Notes: generated by a model from the letters alone, not told the origin. Positions 49,058-60,584 are shown, counted from the first letter of the stretch. The stretch: DNA of 64,000 bases from an uncultured Gemella sp. (GCA_938038035.1 CALHQV010000132.1:5561-69560), one strand, 5' to 3'. Translations and numbers: made by a program.

Positions 49058-50404
49058 ATGAGTTTATTTGATGGGTCGTTAGAGTTATCTAACGAGATGA
49101 TGGTTAATGAAAACAACTGGTCAATGATAAAATCAGGTTTTCATGAAGAATTGACAAGTACGATTAAGTATATAGTAGAAACTGAAACACCTCGTTCATT
49201 TTATCGAGATAAAGAAAATCAGAAAAAGATTACTGATGTCATTAAAAAGTATACAGGCATTAATGTCGTTATTTCAGCAGAATATAAATGCTTTGCCATG
49301 ATGCCACCTGATTTAAATAAAAACCATACTTTGATTGATAATATTTACAGAGAGTTTTACGAGAATAAAGAGTTAAAAAAACAAAAAGGTACCATTGAAG
49401 CTTTTGTAGACATTAAGAACTTTAAAATCGGTGGTGCTTTTAAAGATGTTAAAGTAGAACTATTCTTAGACCCAGCAATGATGTGGGATACCAGTCTTGC
49501 TTATCGTGTAGCATTAACTCCAGCTGAAGTATCTGCGGTTATTTTACATGAAGTAGGACATATGTTCTCTTACTTTGCTCTAGCTGCACATACTTATTCT
49601 ATTAACTTACCAATGTTAGGCACACTTAACCGTATTGCTAATACACCAGATACTGAAAAAGTAGAAATCATTCTTAAAGAATGGAATGATAGCGACAATA
49701 CTTTAACAAAAGTAGATGTTAAAGAATTAGCAAGTAAAGATAAACAAGTCATTGTTACTGCTCTTGTTTCTAACCAAGTGAAAGATACTAAAACACTAAT
49801 GAAACAAAGAGAGTATGAAGAAGTCAATGCTGAACACTTAGCTGATAAATTTGCAGTACGCTGTGGCGCAGGTGCTGAAATTACAACAGCATTAAATAAA
49901 ATGTTTGTAGCCTATGGTACCAGACAAACTAGAAATACGATTAGTTATCTCTTCAATGAGTTTCTTGCTGGATTTACGCTCTTCTTAGGTACAGGTTGGG
50001 TGATTGGTGCGGTTGTGGCATTTAACCCAATAACCACACCATGGTTGCTTATGCTGGGTGGTTTAGCTATATTTAATACTCTAGCAGGTAATACAAACTC
50101 TGGTGGTGGCACCTATGATACAGACATTAATCGTTTTGGTCGTATGCGTAACGATATGGTGTCTATGCTTAAAGATAAAGAAATCGATAAAGCAGTAGGT
50201 AAACGTGTACGCGATGGTATTGCTACTATTGATAAAGTCGTTTCTAAATATAAAGAAAATAAATCACTTGTCGGTATGTTAGGTGATATGGTTATTGGCC
50301 CACATCGACGATTATTGTCTCAAACAGAATTCTATAAAGAATTAGAAAAATTAAGCGCCAATAGTTTATTTGTTGCTGCTTATGATTTAAGAAATTTAAA
50401 ATAA
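49058..50404 (+). CDS. Virion head protein with HExxH motif and hydrophobic segment (phiKZ gp84-like)
   Basis: LHEVGH, EHLADKFA, long hydrophobic stretch; TATG at 49016; synteny. Confidence 0.65.
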   Translation: MSLFDGSLELSNEMMVNENNWSMIKSGFHEELTSTIKYIVETETPRSFYRDKENQKKITDVIKKYTGINVVISAEYKCFAMMPPDLNKNHTLIDNIYREFYENKELKKQKGTIEAFVDIKNFKIGGAFKDVKVELFLDPAMMWDTSLAYRVALTPAEVSAVILHEVGHMFSYFALAAHTYSINLPMLGTLNRIANTPDTEKVEIILKEWNDSDNTLTKVDVKELASKDKQVIVTALVSNQVKDTKTLMKQREYEEVNAEHLADKFAVRCGAGAEITTALNKMFVAYGTRQTRNTISYLFNEFLAGFTLFLGTGWVIGAVVAFNPITTPWLLMLGGLAIFNTLAGNTNSGGGTYDTDINRFGRMRNDMVSMLKDKEIDKAVGKRVRDGIATIDKVVSKYKENKSLVGMLGDMVIGPHRRLLSQTEFYKELEKLSANSLFVAAYDLRNLK

Positions 50405-50417
50405 AAAGGATATAAAA

Positions 50418-50840
50418 ATGTCAGTTTATTCCGATATTCGTTCATTAGCTGATTCTAACTTTCAACAAGAATCTCGATTACAAGGTATTTCTTTTGCATT
50501 AGCATTGGCATTATCTGTAAAATACATTAACATTGTAGAAGGTAATGATACTGCTGAAAAGACATATGAACAATATGTAATGAATCCTGTATCTGAAACA
50601 ATTTCTACATTTAATGAAAATGTGTTGATGGATATTCGTTTGTGTATCGATTTGACTAAGAAATTGTTTACCTTACTCTACAATGCTAAATATAAACCAA
50701 TAGTAGTTAATGGTAATGGTACTTCTTTAATGTCAGTATTATTTAGCGTAGAAGACTATGTGTCTGAAGAATACATGGAATTCTTTAAACAAAACAAAAC
50801 AGGTATTATTAATATCTTTAATCGTTTAAATCAAGACTGA
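50418..50840 (+). CDS. Putative virion protein (phiKZ gp85-like position)
   Basis: 140 aa, RBS, synteny. Confidence 0.55.
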   Translation: MSVYSDIRSLADSNFQQESRLQGISFALALALSVKYINIVEGNDTAEKTYEQYVMNPVSETISTFNENVLMDIRLCIDLTKKLFTLLYNAKYKPIVVNGNGTSLMSVLFSVEDYVSEEYMEFFKQNKTGIINIFNRLNQD

Positions 50841-50851
50841 AAGGATATGGA

Positions 50852-51316
50852 ATGAGTCTTTTTAGTGGTGAAATAGAAAATTACGCATCTGACTATATTG
50901 AAGAAGTACCTTCTGTATCTGGTTTAGGTTTATTTGGTGGTGAAGAAGAACAAAATACTCCTGAAGAATATTATCCTGAAAATGATAATGATTTAGATAC
51001 GAATGGTACAGTGTCTACCGAAGGTGGTATCTTTCAATTTGCTAAAGAACTTGATGCTTACGAAGAGCAGGCTAAGAATGCTCAATACTCTCGAGCATTG
51101 AATAAAGAAACAGATGAAGAGATTGAAAAACGTCACGAAAGAGAAGAAGAGAAAAAGCGTGATAAAGAAGCTGAAGACGAACGTAAATCTGAAAATCGCA
51201 AACAAGCATTAAAAGATTTAGGTTCTGATTTAGTAGAAGCAGCAAAAGCTACAGGTAAAGGTGTAAAAGAAGTAGCACGTGTTGCTTATAATCTTGCTAC
51301 TGGTTCTAATAAGTAA
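50852..51316 (+). CDS. Acidic putative head protein
   Basis: 154 aa; acidic N-terminus ending in VSTE, then a charged helix. Confidence 0.55.
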   Translation: MSLFSGEIENYASDYIEEVPSVSGLGLFGGEEEQNTPEEYYPENDNDLDTNGTVSTEGGIFQFAKELDAYEEQAKNAQYSRALNKETDEEIEKRHEREEEKKRDKEAEDERKSENRKQALKDLGSDLVEAAKATGKGVKEVARVAYNLATGSNK

Positions 51317-51378
51317 CGTTAAATAAGATAGATTAGATACTCCTACAATTAAGTAGGAGTATCTAGTTATATTTAAAA

Positions 51379-51540
51379 CTATTTTGATTGAGTGTTATTA
51401 TTTTCTTGTACTCTTTTGATATACTTTTCTCGAAGTTCACTTAATCTTTTTTGGTCTTCTTCACTTAAACCAATATGATTAGGAATAAAGTATGGCCCAG
51501 TCTTATAATCATTTTCCACAATGTCACTAAATAAATTCAT
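51379..51540 (-). CDS. Small hypothetical protein (53 aa, not in ORF track)
   Basis: AAAGG RBS; MNLFSDIVENDYKTGPYFIPNHIGLSEEDQKRLSELREKY...; ends at hairpin 51333-51365. Confidence 0.55.
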   Translation of the reverse strand: MNLFSDIVENDYKTGPYFIPNHIGLSEEDQKRLSELREKYIKRVQENNNTQSK

Positions 51541-51609
51541 TTTATTAACCTTTCTATCTAAAACCTATGAGTGTAAAACCATTTTCATAGAAATAAAAAG
51601 GAAATTGTT

Positions 51610-53235
51610 ATGTCTATTAATAAGTATTCTTGGGATGATGTAGATACTACCACCCCAATTGAACAACACAAAGAAAGTAGTGAACCATCAGGTCAATCTT
51701 CTGATACTGAACCTACTACTAATCAAAGTAATACTTCTATTGAAGAGATTCTAAATGCTCCTACAGAAGCAATTAACAATACTATAGAACAATTAAAAGA
51801 AGTAGAACACACTGAAGATGAAGTAGCTAAAATAGAATCTTCTAACGAATCTTTACAAAATATGTTAGCCTTTATTAAAGATAAAGGTTGTATCTCTCGT
51901 GAAGACCGTTCTACATTGGTTGAAATTCAACCTGATATTCCATTAGAAGGAGAGAACGAATATACTTCTACACCTTCTCATCATTTGTTGACTGAAACTG
52001 AAGAAACCATTCAGGAACAAATCTGTACAAATGAATGTGCCATTAATGAAAAATTAGCTAAGGATTACTATAACACAGCCATGCGTTTATTAACCTATGG
52101 TGATGATAGACCAATGGAAAGCGATAGTTTAGAGCCTCAAGCGATTATGGTGATTAACGATAAATTAGGCAAAGTATACGGTAAAGGTGAAAGCCTATCA
52201 CTTCGTCTAACTTCTGTTCGTTCTATCCTAGATAAAATTTACACACAATTAGTAGAAGAGAAACGACAAGCTCGTGAAGATATTAATCTTGCTATCTACG
52301 ATAAAGACGTATTAGAAGCAGTAGAACAAAAACACGATTGTGTTTCTGAGTATACCAGACAAGACCCAGAAATAGCGGGTTATTCATTCTTATTCAATGA
52401 ATACGATAATCCTAAAGTCAATAAAGTGACACTAGAACAATTTATTGAGTCTAATTTTAAAACCATTAATTCACCCTTTAGCTATTTGGCTTATATGGTA
52501 AATAGTGACCGCATTAGTAATCTAATGGATGTTATCTATTTAAATGGAGATATCTTCGAACCATGCTTTAATGAAAAATTAGACGAATGCGGTAATGCAT
52601 TAAGTTATTTGTATAACAGTATTGCAGAATGGGTAGAAACAAGAGATTCTGAATCCAATACACTCATGAAAAAACAAATGGGTATTACCGTTAATGCAGT
52701 AAATAGATTGTTATTTAATCAATACTGGAATCGTAAGTCTATTGATGAAGTACTCAAACCAATCGTAAAAGATACTGATGGTAAAAGTTTATTTGGTAAA
52801 CAATGTTTACAAGTCTTAAATTCTAATTTCAATAGATTAGAACACACCATCGTTGGTGCTTCTAGTTTGTTAATTAGTGAAGTAAGTAGTACTAAGATTT
52901 ATTTAGATTGGTATAACGATGTCTTAACTAAATCCATTAAAGAGAATATGGTTAAAGGACAAGATGATGATACCTATGCAGCATTGTCTGTTCTGAATAA
53001 CTTAACTAAAGAAGTGATTCGACATATTAGCTATTCATTCTTAACTAAGACTATTGCTTATAATCAACTGATTACATTCTACAATAGTTGTAAAGATGCA
53101 ATGGCATTGGTATTAGACTTCTTAGGTCAATACAGCGAATCAGAACCAAATGAAACGTACTCTGAAGAAATTAATAACTTAGTACGCCAATTTGGTTTAC
53201 AATGTAAAACAGTAGCTGAAGAATTTAGAGCATAA
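51610..53235 (+). CDS. Putative head/inner-body protein
   Basis: 541 aa; acidic propeptide-like N-terminus with SNES; TATG at 51566. Confidence 0.55.
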   Translation: MSINKYSWDDVDTTTPIEQHKESSEPSGQSSDTEPTTNQSNTSIEEILNAPTEAINNTIEQLKEVEHTEDEVAKIESSNESLQNMLAFIKDKGCISREDRSTLVEIQPDIPLEGENEYTSTPSHHLLTETEETIQEQICTNECAINEKLAKDYYNTAMRLLTYGDDRPMESDSLEPQAIMVINDKLGKVYGKGESLSLRLTSVRSILDKIYTQLVEEKRQAREDINLAIYDKDVLEAVEQKHDCVSEYTRQDPEIAGYSFLFNEYDNPKVNKVTLEQFIESNFKTINSPFSYLAYMVNSDRISNLMDVIYLNGDIFEPCFNEKLDECGNALSYLYNSIAEWVETRDSESNTLMKKQMGITVNAVNRLLFNQYWNRKSIDEVLKPIVKDTDGKSLFGKQCLQVLNSNFNRLEHTIVGASSLLISEVSSTKIYLDWYNDVLTKSIKENMVKGQDDDTYAALSVLNNLTKEVIRHISYSFLTKTIAYNQLITFYNSCKDAMALVLDFLGQYSESEPNETYSEEINNLVRQFGLQCKTVAEEFRA

Positions 53236-53281
53236 AGATAATTACTCTCTACTCCAAAATAGGAGTAGAGAGTAGTATTTC

Positions 53282-56200
53282 TTATAGTGATTTAATTCTT
53301 TCTTCTTCGCTGCTATGTACTTTGAAGTTGAAAGTAACGTCTTCATCAACAGACAATGTTTCATCTGATTGAATAGTCAGTTTCTTACGAATAGTAGCGC
53401 GTTTACCTTCATCCAATACAGTAAATGAAATAATACGGTCACTACCACCTAAGTTACCTAATGTTAAACCAATAACATCATCGCCGTGTTCTTTTACTAA
53501 CTTAGAAACAATAGTAGAAACAGAAACTGTTTCTTTACTGATTTCTTCATTCAGTACACGAATAGTAGCTTCTTTAATCTTGTTAATGACATCAATGTTA
53601 TTGTATACTTGACGAGATACAGTTAAGTTAATTTGTAACGATTGTGCAGCATTGATATAAGTCTCAATACCTTCGTTATACATTACTTTTAACTGACCCA
53701 TAGTCGCTGAAGGATAATAGTAGATACCAGTTTGTTCCAGTGTTTTCTCATTAATCGGTGTTAAGTCAGAAACAATCCAATCAATAAACAAGTCTACTAA
53801 TTCATTACGATATTCTGTTGCAATATCGTCAGTAGCAAACCAGTAAGTAGCATCAACCACCATCAGTTCTAAACGACGAATAATATCACGAGGTCTATCA
53901 ATAATAGGTTGACCATTATTGTCCAACATGATATCGCCTTGTCGATGTTTCCAAACCAACTGACCATCGTTATCCGTCATTTGTTCACCCTTACGGTGTA
54001 CTAGGTTGTATTTAACTTTACCATCTACAATGTTAATAATAGAACCAGTCACAGCGTCTTTAGCATATACATCTTCTTCGTATAACATAGGTACGTTTTC
54101 AGTATAACGTTTATAGATAACCTCATCAGCATAGGTTCTGGCACGAGACCATAACCATTTTAGATGATGTCCTAAACGAATACGAATACTTTCACTCAAG
54201 ATAACCTTAGCGTCATTCTCCAATAAATGGATACCTACTTTATCATCTAAAGTAACGCGACTCCAACCATTTACATTACCATAAAAACCAAATAACAATT
54301 CAAAATTATTATCTAATTCAATAGGAATATCTAAATCACTAGAACCTTTTAAAGACAAGTTATTAACAATTAAACAATGGTTGTCATCTAAATCGAAATT
54401 AGTCACTAATTCAAATTCGAAAATAGGTTCTTCATCACTGTTCTTACCTACTAACCTACCATTTAGATAAACATCATTTTTATCCTGATAAGGTTTGACC
54501 AATAACTGTGCCCAGAGTCTATCATCGGGTAAATTCTTATAGTCAGAATTAGACTTCATCTCTACACGAATGATATAACCATTTTCAGAACGACGAATAC
54601 TATACTTATCAGAAACAGTCAATGAGATAGGAATCTTATTATTGCTTTCGTTATAGTATTTAGTAATGGCTTTAGGTGAATCTAAGTAGTAAGCACGTAA
54701 CTTCACAGTATCATCTTCATTATCGACGACATAGTGAAATGGTGAGTAGAACATCTCTTTACTGTTGACTTCCTTAGCTCTATTTTCAGCACTCAAGTCT
54801 AAGATACGTTTGATTTCAGTATGGTCTAACATAGACATCTTACCATTGTACATGGTATAGATAGAGTTAGGCATAATCGTTACACGTTTCTCATTGTCTT
54901 TTACAGTACCTGTACCTACTAGACCAGAAATAGTCGTCGTCAGTGTTTCAATAGAAGCAGCGGCAGGTGTAATCAAATCAGAGTTCTCTGGTTTTGGCAT
55001 ACCACGTACTGCCCAATAAGCACGGTTAGTAACATAGTCTACAGATTTAATAATCTTAAAGCTACTATCTAAAGAATGGTCAGTTAACGCCACATGGCTA
55101 ACAGGAACTTCATTAGGTCCTACTGTATTATTAATTACACGGCTACGTAATTCCTCAAATGTCAATGGGTCACGACCTTGGTTAACATAGTCCCTACTGA
55201 AGATGATTACGCTATGTAAAGAAGTGAGCGCGCTACTGAATTCATCTAACTCACTGTAGTCACGATTCTTAGAACCTTGAGGGAAGAAGTCGTAACTATA
55301 TTGGTCTAGCGTATACGCATCTAAGTTCATGTCTATTTTACCTAAAGTAGTATAGATATTTAGTTTAACACGACCACCTAATGAACCAGAGACCACAGGA
55401 CTGGCAGCTGGATTAGTCAATTGGTTATATACTTTAGGAATAGACATAGAGAGTGTAAAGTCTTCTGTATTCTCTACTAATTTTAATACAGCAGTAGGTT
55501 TATATAAATCGTAAATATCAGGACAATGAGTGGTAGCCATCTCTTTCCATTTGGAAACACCATCACCATGGAACACTCGAGCATAGTGGTAGAAATCATC
55601 AAATGTTTTAGATAGAGTAATATTCATGTTAGCCGTGATATTGTCTTCTACAGTAATCTCACGTACTTGAATCATCTCTAATACAATAGAAAGACGTTTA
55701 GCACCTGCCATTGCTTGAGATACTTCGTGATAAGCAATATTACTAGACAGAGTTTGAATAGGCGATTTTTCAGTAGTATCGTAAGTTACCCTAAAGCCAC
55801 CATGTTTTAATTGTAAAATATTAACAGGGTAGTCTAACATAAAGTCAACTTCACCTACAGTGATACGCATACCACGTGGAATACGTAATAGGTTACCACT
55901 ACCATCTGGTAAAGGTTTTAATACTTGTAGAATTTCACCATAGTCAAACGAAACAGCAAACTTAGCTTTAGCAGGTAAACCAAATACACCTACCCAGTCT
56001 AAATCACTTAAGTGGTAATATAAGTCTTCATGGGTTTGAGCAGATACTGGATATTGTCTACGATTCAATAACCATGCTTTATTTACTGCACCTGCTGTTT
56101 GCATAGCCGACATTTCAAGACATAAAGCAACAGGGTTTTCTGCTGAGATAATACCGAGTTCATTGTCTAATACTTTTTGAATTGTCTTTAATGCGTCTCG

Positions 56201-56284
56201 TTGTAATCGTGCTGGAGAAGCAGAATAGCTAGATACATTTTCTACAATATCCGAAATTAAATCGGCATGTATAGCTTCAGTCAT
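53282..56284 (-). CDS. Virion protein, probable baseplate wedge (phiKZ gp87-like)
   Basis: 1000 aa; GRDPLTFEELRSR resembles the baseplate J/gp6 motif; synteny. Confidence 0.65.
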   Translation of the reverse strand: MTEAIHADLISDIVENVSSYSASPARLQRDALKTIQKVLDNELGIISAENPVALCLEMSAMQTAGAVNKAWLLNRRQYPVSAQTHEDLYYHLSDLDWVGVFGLPAKAKFAVSFDYGEILQVLKPLPDGSGNLLRIPRGMRITVGEVDFMLDYPVNILQLKHGGFRVTYDTTEKSPIQTLSSNIAYHEVSQAMAGAKRLSIVLEMIQVREITVEDNITANMNITLSKTFDDFYHYARVFHGDGVSKWKEMATTHCPDIYDLYKPTAVLKLVENTEDFTLSMSIPKVYNQLTNPAASPVVSGSLGGRVKLNIYTTLGKIDMNLDAYTLDQYSYDFFPQGSKNRDYSELDEFSSALTSLHSVIIFSRDYVNQGRDPLTFEELRSRVINNTVGPNEVPVSHVALTDHSLDSSFKIIKSVDYVTNRAYWAVRGMPKPENSDLITPAAASIETLTTTISGLVGTGTVKDNEKRVTIMPNSIYTMYNGKMSMLDHTEIKRILDLSAENRAKEVNSKEMFYSPFHYVVDNEDDTVKLRAYYLDSPKAITKYYNESNNKIPISLTVSDKYSIRRSENGYIIRVEMKSNSDYKNLPDDRLWAQLLVKPYQDKNDVYLNGRLVGKNSDEEPIFEFELVTNFDLDDNHCLIVNNLSLKGSSDLDIPIELDNNFELLFGFYGNVNGWSRVTLDDKVGIHLLENDAKVILSESIRIRLGHHLKWLWSRARTYADEVIYKRYTENVPMLYEEDVYAKDAVTGSIINIVDGKVKYNLVHRKGEQMTDNDGQLVWKHRQGDIMLDNNGQPIIDRPRDIIRRLELMVVDATYWFATDDIATEYRNELVDLFIDWIVSDLTPINEKTLEQTGIYYYPSATMGQLKVMYNEGIETYINAAQSLQINLTVSRQVYNNIDVINKIKEATIRVLNEEISKETVSVSTIVSKLVKEHGDDVIGLTLGNLGGSDRIISFTVLDEGKRATIRKKLTIQSDETLSVDEDVTFNFKVHSSEEERIKSL

Positions 56285-56303
56285 TTTTTAATTCCTCTAA
56301 TAA

Positions 56304-57482
56304 TTAATAAGGACCAATATTACTTAACAGAATAACATCTTTCTTAGCTTTAACCATATCCTTAGTTGTCCACCATTCTAGTTCACGTGAAATAGGATTA
56401 ATTCTAGGATAACAATAGTTATTAAATATTGGCTGGTATTTCTTAGATACTTTAACGTAGAATCTTTCACGTAATCCATTTGCCATATTTGGATTAAATA
56501 ATATCACAGTATTATTAAATTGCTTAATTAAAATCTCATCCAAATAAATCGCACCAGAACAAGCAAATTCAACATCTACAGACCTATCAACATAAGGTCT
56601 AGGATTCTCACTTGGATTAGAATAATCGAAGTAAGGACCAATGTCTACACTTCTTGGAATTGCGTATCCTGTAGCAGCCATTTCTTCTACGAACGTTCGG
56701 GTCTCATCCATTATGAGGCGATAGATTCTACAAGTGTAGTCCATTCTGCCGTTACCTAAATATTCAGGCCATGGCATCATGCCATATGTTTGATATAAGA
56801 CAAAACCAATATATTGAATCCAATAGTAATACAGATATAAAGTAGCACTGCCTTTCATGGCATGTAAACTTAAGTTTAAACTATATTCTGTATTATAGGT
56901 ACTAGGCCCATCTGCCATGATGTGTACTTCTTTTAGAACACCGGCAGGTGTACTGTGAATACCTAGACCACTAGAAGGCCATCCTGTTAATGATTTTACT
57001 AAGTTATCAGAAACAGCAATAAAAGGGTAATTCGGGTCAACCAGATTAGAATTAGGATGTCGTGGTAAATCGCTTTTACCTAGTGAACCACCATATTCTA
57101 TTTGTTCCATTCTTTTTGCTAAACGAGGTGATAAAATCATTCGTATAGCGTGCATTAGAGAATTCTTATTCTCTGTTAGTAATGGCATCATCTTTCTTTC
57201 AATTTTAATATTGGCAGAAGATAAGTTTAAATCTGGTCGAGTAGTAAAGATATAACCTGGTTGATTGGTATTTGGTTTAATCATGGGTGTGTTAGCAAGA
57301 ATATTAGGACCTTTAAAGGTATCTGCCATTGCACTTGACACACTAAACCCGTGTTTCATTTTTACAAGATGGTCTATAAAATCAACGGTATTGGTAAGAA
57401 ATTTTTCGGAAAGTCCTGTTAGCCTACCTTCGCGTAGTTCTTGCTCTAAGAACTTTTCGACACTATGTTGAGAATCTGACAT
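56304..57482 (-). CDS. Virion protein (phiKZ gp88-like; tube/baseplate hub candidate)
   Basis: AAAGG RBS supports start at 57482 and avoids overlap; GYIFTTRP motif; synteny. Confidence 0.6.
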   Translation of the reverse strand: MSDSQHSVEKFLEQELREGRLTGLSEKFLTNTVDFIDHLVKMKHGFSVSSAMADTFKGPNILANTPMIKPNTNQPGYIFTTRPDLNLSSANIKIERKMMPLLTENKNSLMHAIRMILSPRLAKRMEQIEYGGSLGKSDLPRHPNSNLVDPNYPFIAVSDNLVKSLTGWPSSGLGIHSTPAGVLKEVHIMADGPSTYNTEYSLNLSLHAMKGSATLYLYYYWIQYIGFVLYQTYGMMPWPEYLGNGRMDYTCRIYRLIMDETRTFVEEMAATGYAIPRSVDIGPYFDYSNPSENPRPYVDRSVDVEFACSGAIYLDEILIKQFNNTVILFNPNMANGLRERFYVKVSKKYQPIFNNYCYPRINPISRELEWWTTKDMVKAKKDVILLSNIGPY

Positions 57483-57519
57483 TTTATTTTTAACCTTTCT
57501 ATCTAAAAAGGAATTCGTT

Positions 57520-58776
57520 ATGGATGTTGTAAATATGGGTATGACTGCTGTAAACGTAATCGGTAACCAGCTTAAAGCTAATGCTGCCAAAATGATTGCA
57601 TCTGATTACAACAGCGCTACTTCAAAATCATTATCACAATACACCACAGAATTACAATTACGACCTACGTTTGCTATTGAGACAGAGTTACTTAATGACT
57701 CGAATATGTCTACATTAATTCAGACAGGTTTAGCAAACTATGCCGGTTATTATATTGTTGCTTTGTCCATTGATAATACAGTCAATGGCGTAAGTATCGG
57801 TAAAGCATTGGGTAAATACTCACCTACACGCGATGCGGTAGGTGCTGCTGTTAGTGTGATGGGCAATACGATTGCTACCGTATCCACATCTTCATATAAA
57901 CCGGCCATCGTTAGTGGCAACACTACCTTGTCTACACTGAGTAATAAGATTAGTGTACCGGCTATGATTCCAGATTTACCGAGTAAATATTTAGCTAAAT
58001 TAGAGGTATCTACAGAGGCTACTTACCACGATCCTGTTAATCCAGAAGATGATTTTGGTGATATCATTCTAAACGAACGTAATCGTGTGAATGATGTCTC
58101 TACTTCTGCTAATGAAGATGTAACTGAAGAAATTAATAAGTTAGCTAATCTAGGTGCTGGTCGTATTTTGACAGTAGATGTTTCTCGTGATAAAGCTAAA
58201 GCTACAGTAAATATCTTATTGAAACCAGAATTGAAATCTATTCGTTCTAACATGTTGGTTGAGATTGCCGGTATTACTAAGAAACCTAAATCCATGCGTG
58301 AGCGTTTAATTGCTTACTTTGACCGTGGTACCATTAATTCTGCTTTTGACTTATTGGTTTGCCGTGACTTAATTGAAGCACATCGTCGTAACCTAGTAGA
58401 AGATACAACTGGTTATTACGAGAAAACACATAATCGTAATGTGAATAATAAAACTGCTGCCATGTTAACTGGTGAGTTCTCTGTAGGTACTGTTGCGAAT
58501 ACTTGGATTATTTCCGATGCTACACGCACACGTATTCAAGCGACTATTGGTGCTAAATTGGATAATAAACGTGCTCGTGATAAATTCTTCGAAGAATCAG
58601 GTATCATGACTCTGATTGTCTATAACCAAGACTACCAACGTATTTTCATTTACAATCACGGTATCGACGATGTATCTGAAATTTCTATGAACTATCTTGA
58701 GAAGAAAACTAAGTCTGATTTATTTGACATGGATGTATTCAAAATGCTCTCTCAAGGTTCTGCACCTATTATTTAA
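57520..58776 (+). CDS. Head/inner-body protein (phiKZ gp89-like)
   Basis: 418 aa, divergent from gp88-like gene; internal VSTE site. Confidence 0.6.
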   Translation: MDVVNMGMTAVNVIGNQLKANAAKMIASDYNSATSKSLSQYTTELQLRPTFAIETELLNDSNMSTLIQTGLANYAGYYIVALSIDNTVNGVSIGKALGKYSPTRDAVGAAVSVMGNTIATVSTSSYKPAIVSGNTTLSTLSNKISVPAMIPDLPSKYLAKLEVSTEATYHDPVNPEDDFGDIILNERNRVNDVSTSANEDVTEEINKLANLGAGRILTVDVSRDKAKATVNILLKPELKSIRSNMLVEIAGITKKPKSMRERLIAYFDRGTINSAFDLLVCRDLIEAHRRNLVEDTTGYYEKTHNRNVNNKTAAMLTGEFSVGTVANTWIISDATRTRIQATIGAKLDNKRARDKFFEESGIMTLIVYNQDYQRIFIYNHGIDDVSEISMNYLEKKTKSDLFDMDVFKMLSQGSAPII

Positions 58777-58790
58777 AAAGGATATTTAAC

Positions 58791-59705
58791 ATGTTTGGTA
58801 ATATTTTAAGTAGTTTAATGAATACCTTTAAATCTGATGATATTTCAGATACGCTAATCGATACACGTAATCGTATTCGTGATGGTGCTCTTGAAGTGGT
58901 ACAAAGCTGTATCCAAGATACTCAAAATGTAGACTTCAGTAAAAACATGGAATATAAATCTACATTAGCAGCGATTCATCGTAACTACCCACGTGGTACG
59001 GCTAAGTTAGATTTGTTTCAAGCCTATGGTTTAATCCTGAATAACTGCGATAAACACTTGGATGAGTTGATTGGTTTAGTAACAAAATACTTTACTAAAA
59101 CTGTAGATAAAGACTCCATGACTTATGCTCGTGGTCAAATTATGGCTTTAGGTAAGACTATTGATTTTGTCGGTGAGTTCATTCCTAAACACTGCCGTTA
59201 CGTTATTGTTAAACAAAATGAATTAGCAGGTGGTTTAAAAGCTGAAAAAGTCATCTCACGTGGTCAAATCAATTACATTAAAGAAAACACTGTAGAATTC
59301 TACAAAGCACTGATTTCTCTAGCCAGTATCAATATTGGTGAAATTGAGAAGATGTTAAAAGAGATTCCTGATGTCGTCATCAGTGAAGATGGTGCTGAAA
59401 CAAAAATGTTTAAACAACATAAGTTAGACCCGTCTGGTACTTTGAATAACTTCTTATCTGCTTCTACTAATCCATTCTATTATATTGGTATGGCCATTGT
59501 GGATTATCAGCATAACAAATATAAACTGGCTAAAGAAGAAGTAGAATCTATTAAGATTGAATTAGAAGCCATGAATAGCCAATTGGCTAATGGTCAAGTA
59601 GATGCTTATACTGAACGCCAACGCGACTTGGCTATTGAGCGTATGCAGAAGTTAGAGTATCAAATTTCTAAATACGAAGAAAAAGCACGAAATACCAAGT
59701 ATTAA
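58791..59705 (+). CDS. Head/inner-body protein (phiKZ gp90-like)
   Basis: 304 aa, C-terminal coiled coil; synteny. Confidence 0.6.
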   Translation: MFGNILSSLMNTFKSDDISDTLIDTRNRIRDGALEVVQSCIQDTQNVDFSKNMEYKSTLAAIHRNYPRGTAKLDLFQAYGLILNNCDKHLDELIGLVTKYFTKTVDKDSMTYARGQIMALGKTIDFVGEFIPKHCRYVIVKQNELAGGLKAEKVISRGQINYIKENTVEFYKALISLASINIGEIEKMLKEIPDVVISEDGAETKMFKQHKLDPSGTLNNFLSASTNPFYYIGMAIVDYQHNKYKLAKEEVESIKIELEAMNSQLANGQVDAYTERQRDLAIERMQKLEYQISKYEEKARNTKY

Positions 59706-59719
59706 GAAAGGAATAACAA

Positions 59720-60499
59720 ATGCATATTCAAGAAAAGAAAGTCATTTATATTCCACGTAAACAGAAACCATTAGATAGAAAAGATATTTATCAAGATGAT
59801 AATATCCGTTGTTTCCCAGTAGATAATATTCATTCCACTTATGGTTTGGTTTATAACGCTCTTTACGAGATTGAGCAAGATACTAAGAAATACAATGGTT
59901 ATAACCAACCTAATACTGTTTGTAATGGTAAGGGTCCTGGTATTGTATTTCTAAATGGTATTGGTGATGTTGATATGGTTTATCAAACTTATACTCGACA
60001 TCCAGACTGGTTCAAAGGTAGTTCTTTAGAAGCACTGAAAAACCGTGAGACTGTTTATAATCTTACTTATAATCTATTAAGTAGTGACTGGTATACTTTA
60101 TTAAGTAATTATGCTTCTACTGGAAAATTGGGTTATAATGAGTTTATGGCATTTGCTGATGCACTAAAAGAAATCGGTATTGTTCGTCAACCTAAAGACA
60201 AACCAAGATATACATTGAAACAACACTCTCGTCGTCAAGACGATTTCTACACTGAACATCAAATTACTCATTTTGAACTGGGTTCTATTATTAAATATGT
60301 TCCAGAACTACACGGTAACTTTGATGATGTTGTATTTGGTGAGCCGAATAAAATCAATACTGCTAATCTGATTCGCCATTGTATTAGTTACGGTGGTATT
60401 GGTTATTTGGTAGAATTGTTGAAAGTACTGTATGGTACTCGAACTATCGTAGGTTCTGACCCTTATTATTTACTATTAAATAGTAGTAAAGACTATTAA
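59720..60499 (+). CDS. Hypothetical protein in head gene block
   Basis: 259 aa, RBS. Confidence 0.65.
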   Translation: MHIQEKKVIYIPRKQKPLDRKDIYQDDNIRCFPVDNIHSTYGLVYNALYEIEQDTKKYNGYNQPNTVCNGKGPGIVFLNGIGDVDMVYQTYTRHPDWFKGSSLEALKNRETVYNLTYNLLSSDWYTLLSNYASTGKLGYNEFMAFADALKEIGIVRQPKDKPRYTLKQHSRRQDDFYTEHQITHFELGSIIKYVPELHGNFDDVVFGEPNKINTANLIRHCISYGGIGYLVELLKVLYGTRTIVGSDPYYLLLNSSKDY

Positions 60500-60584
60500 G
60501 TAAAGGTAGAGAGTAATGGAAAACGATTACATGTTGCTAGGTACTCGCCTAGTGGTTAAGAAATGAAGTTAAAAGGATAATAAA

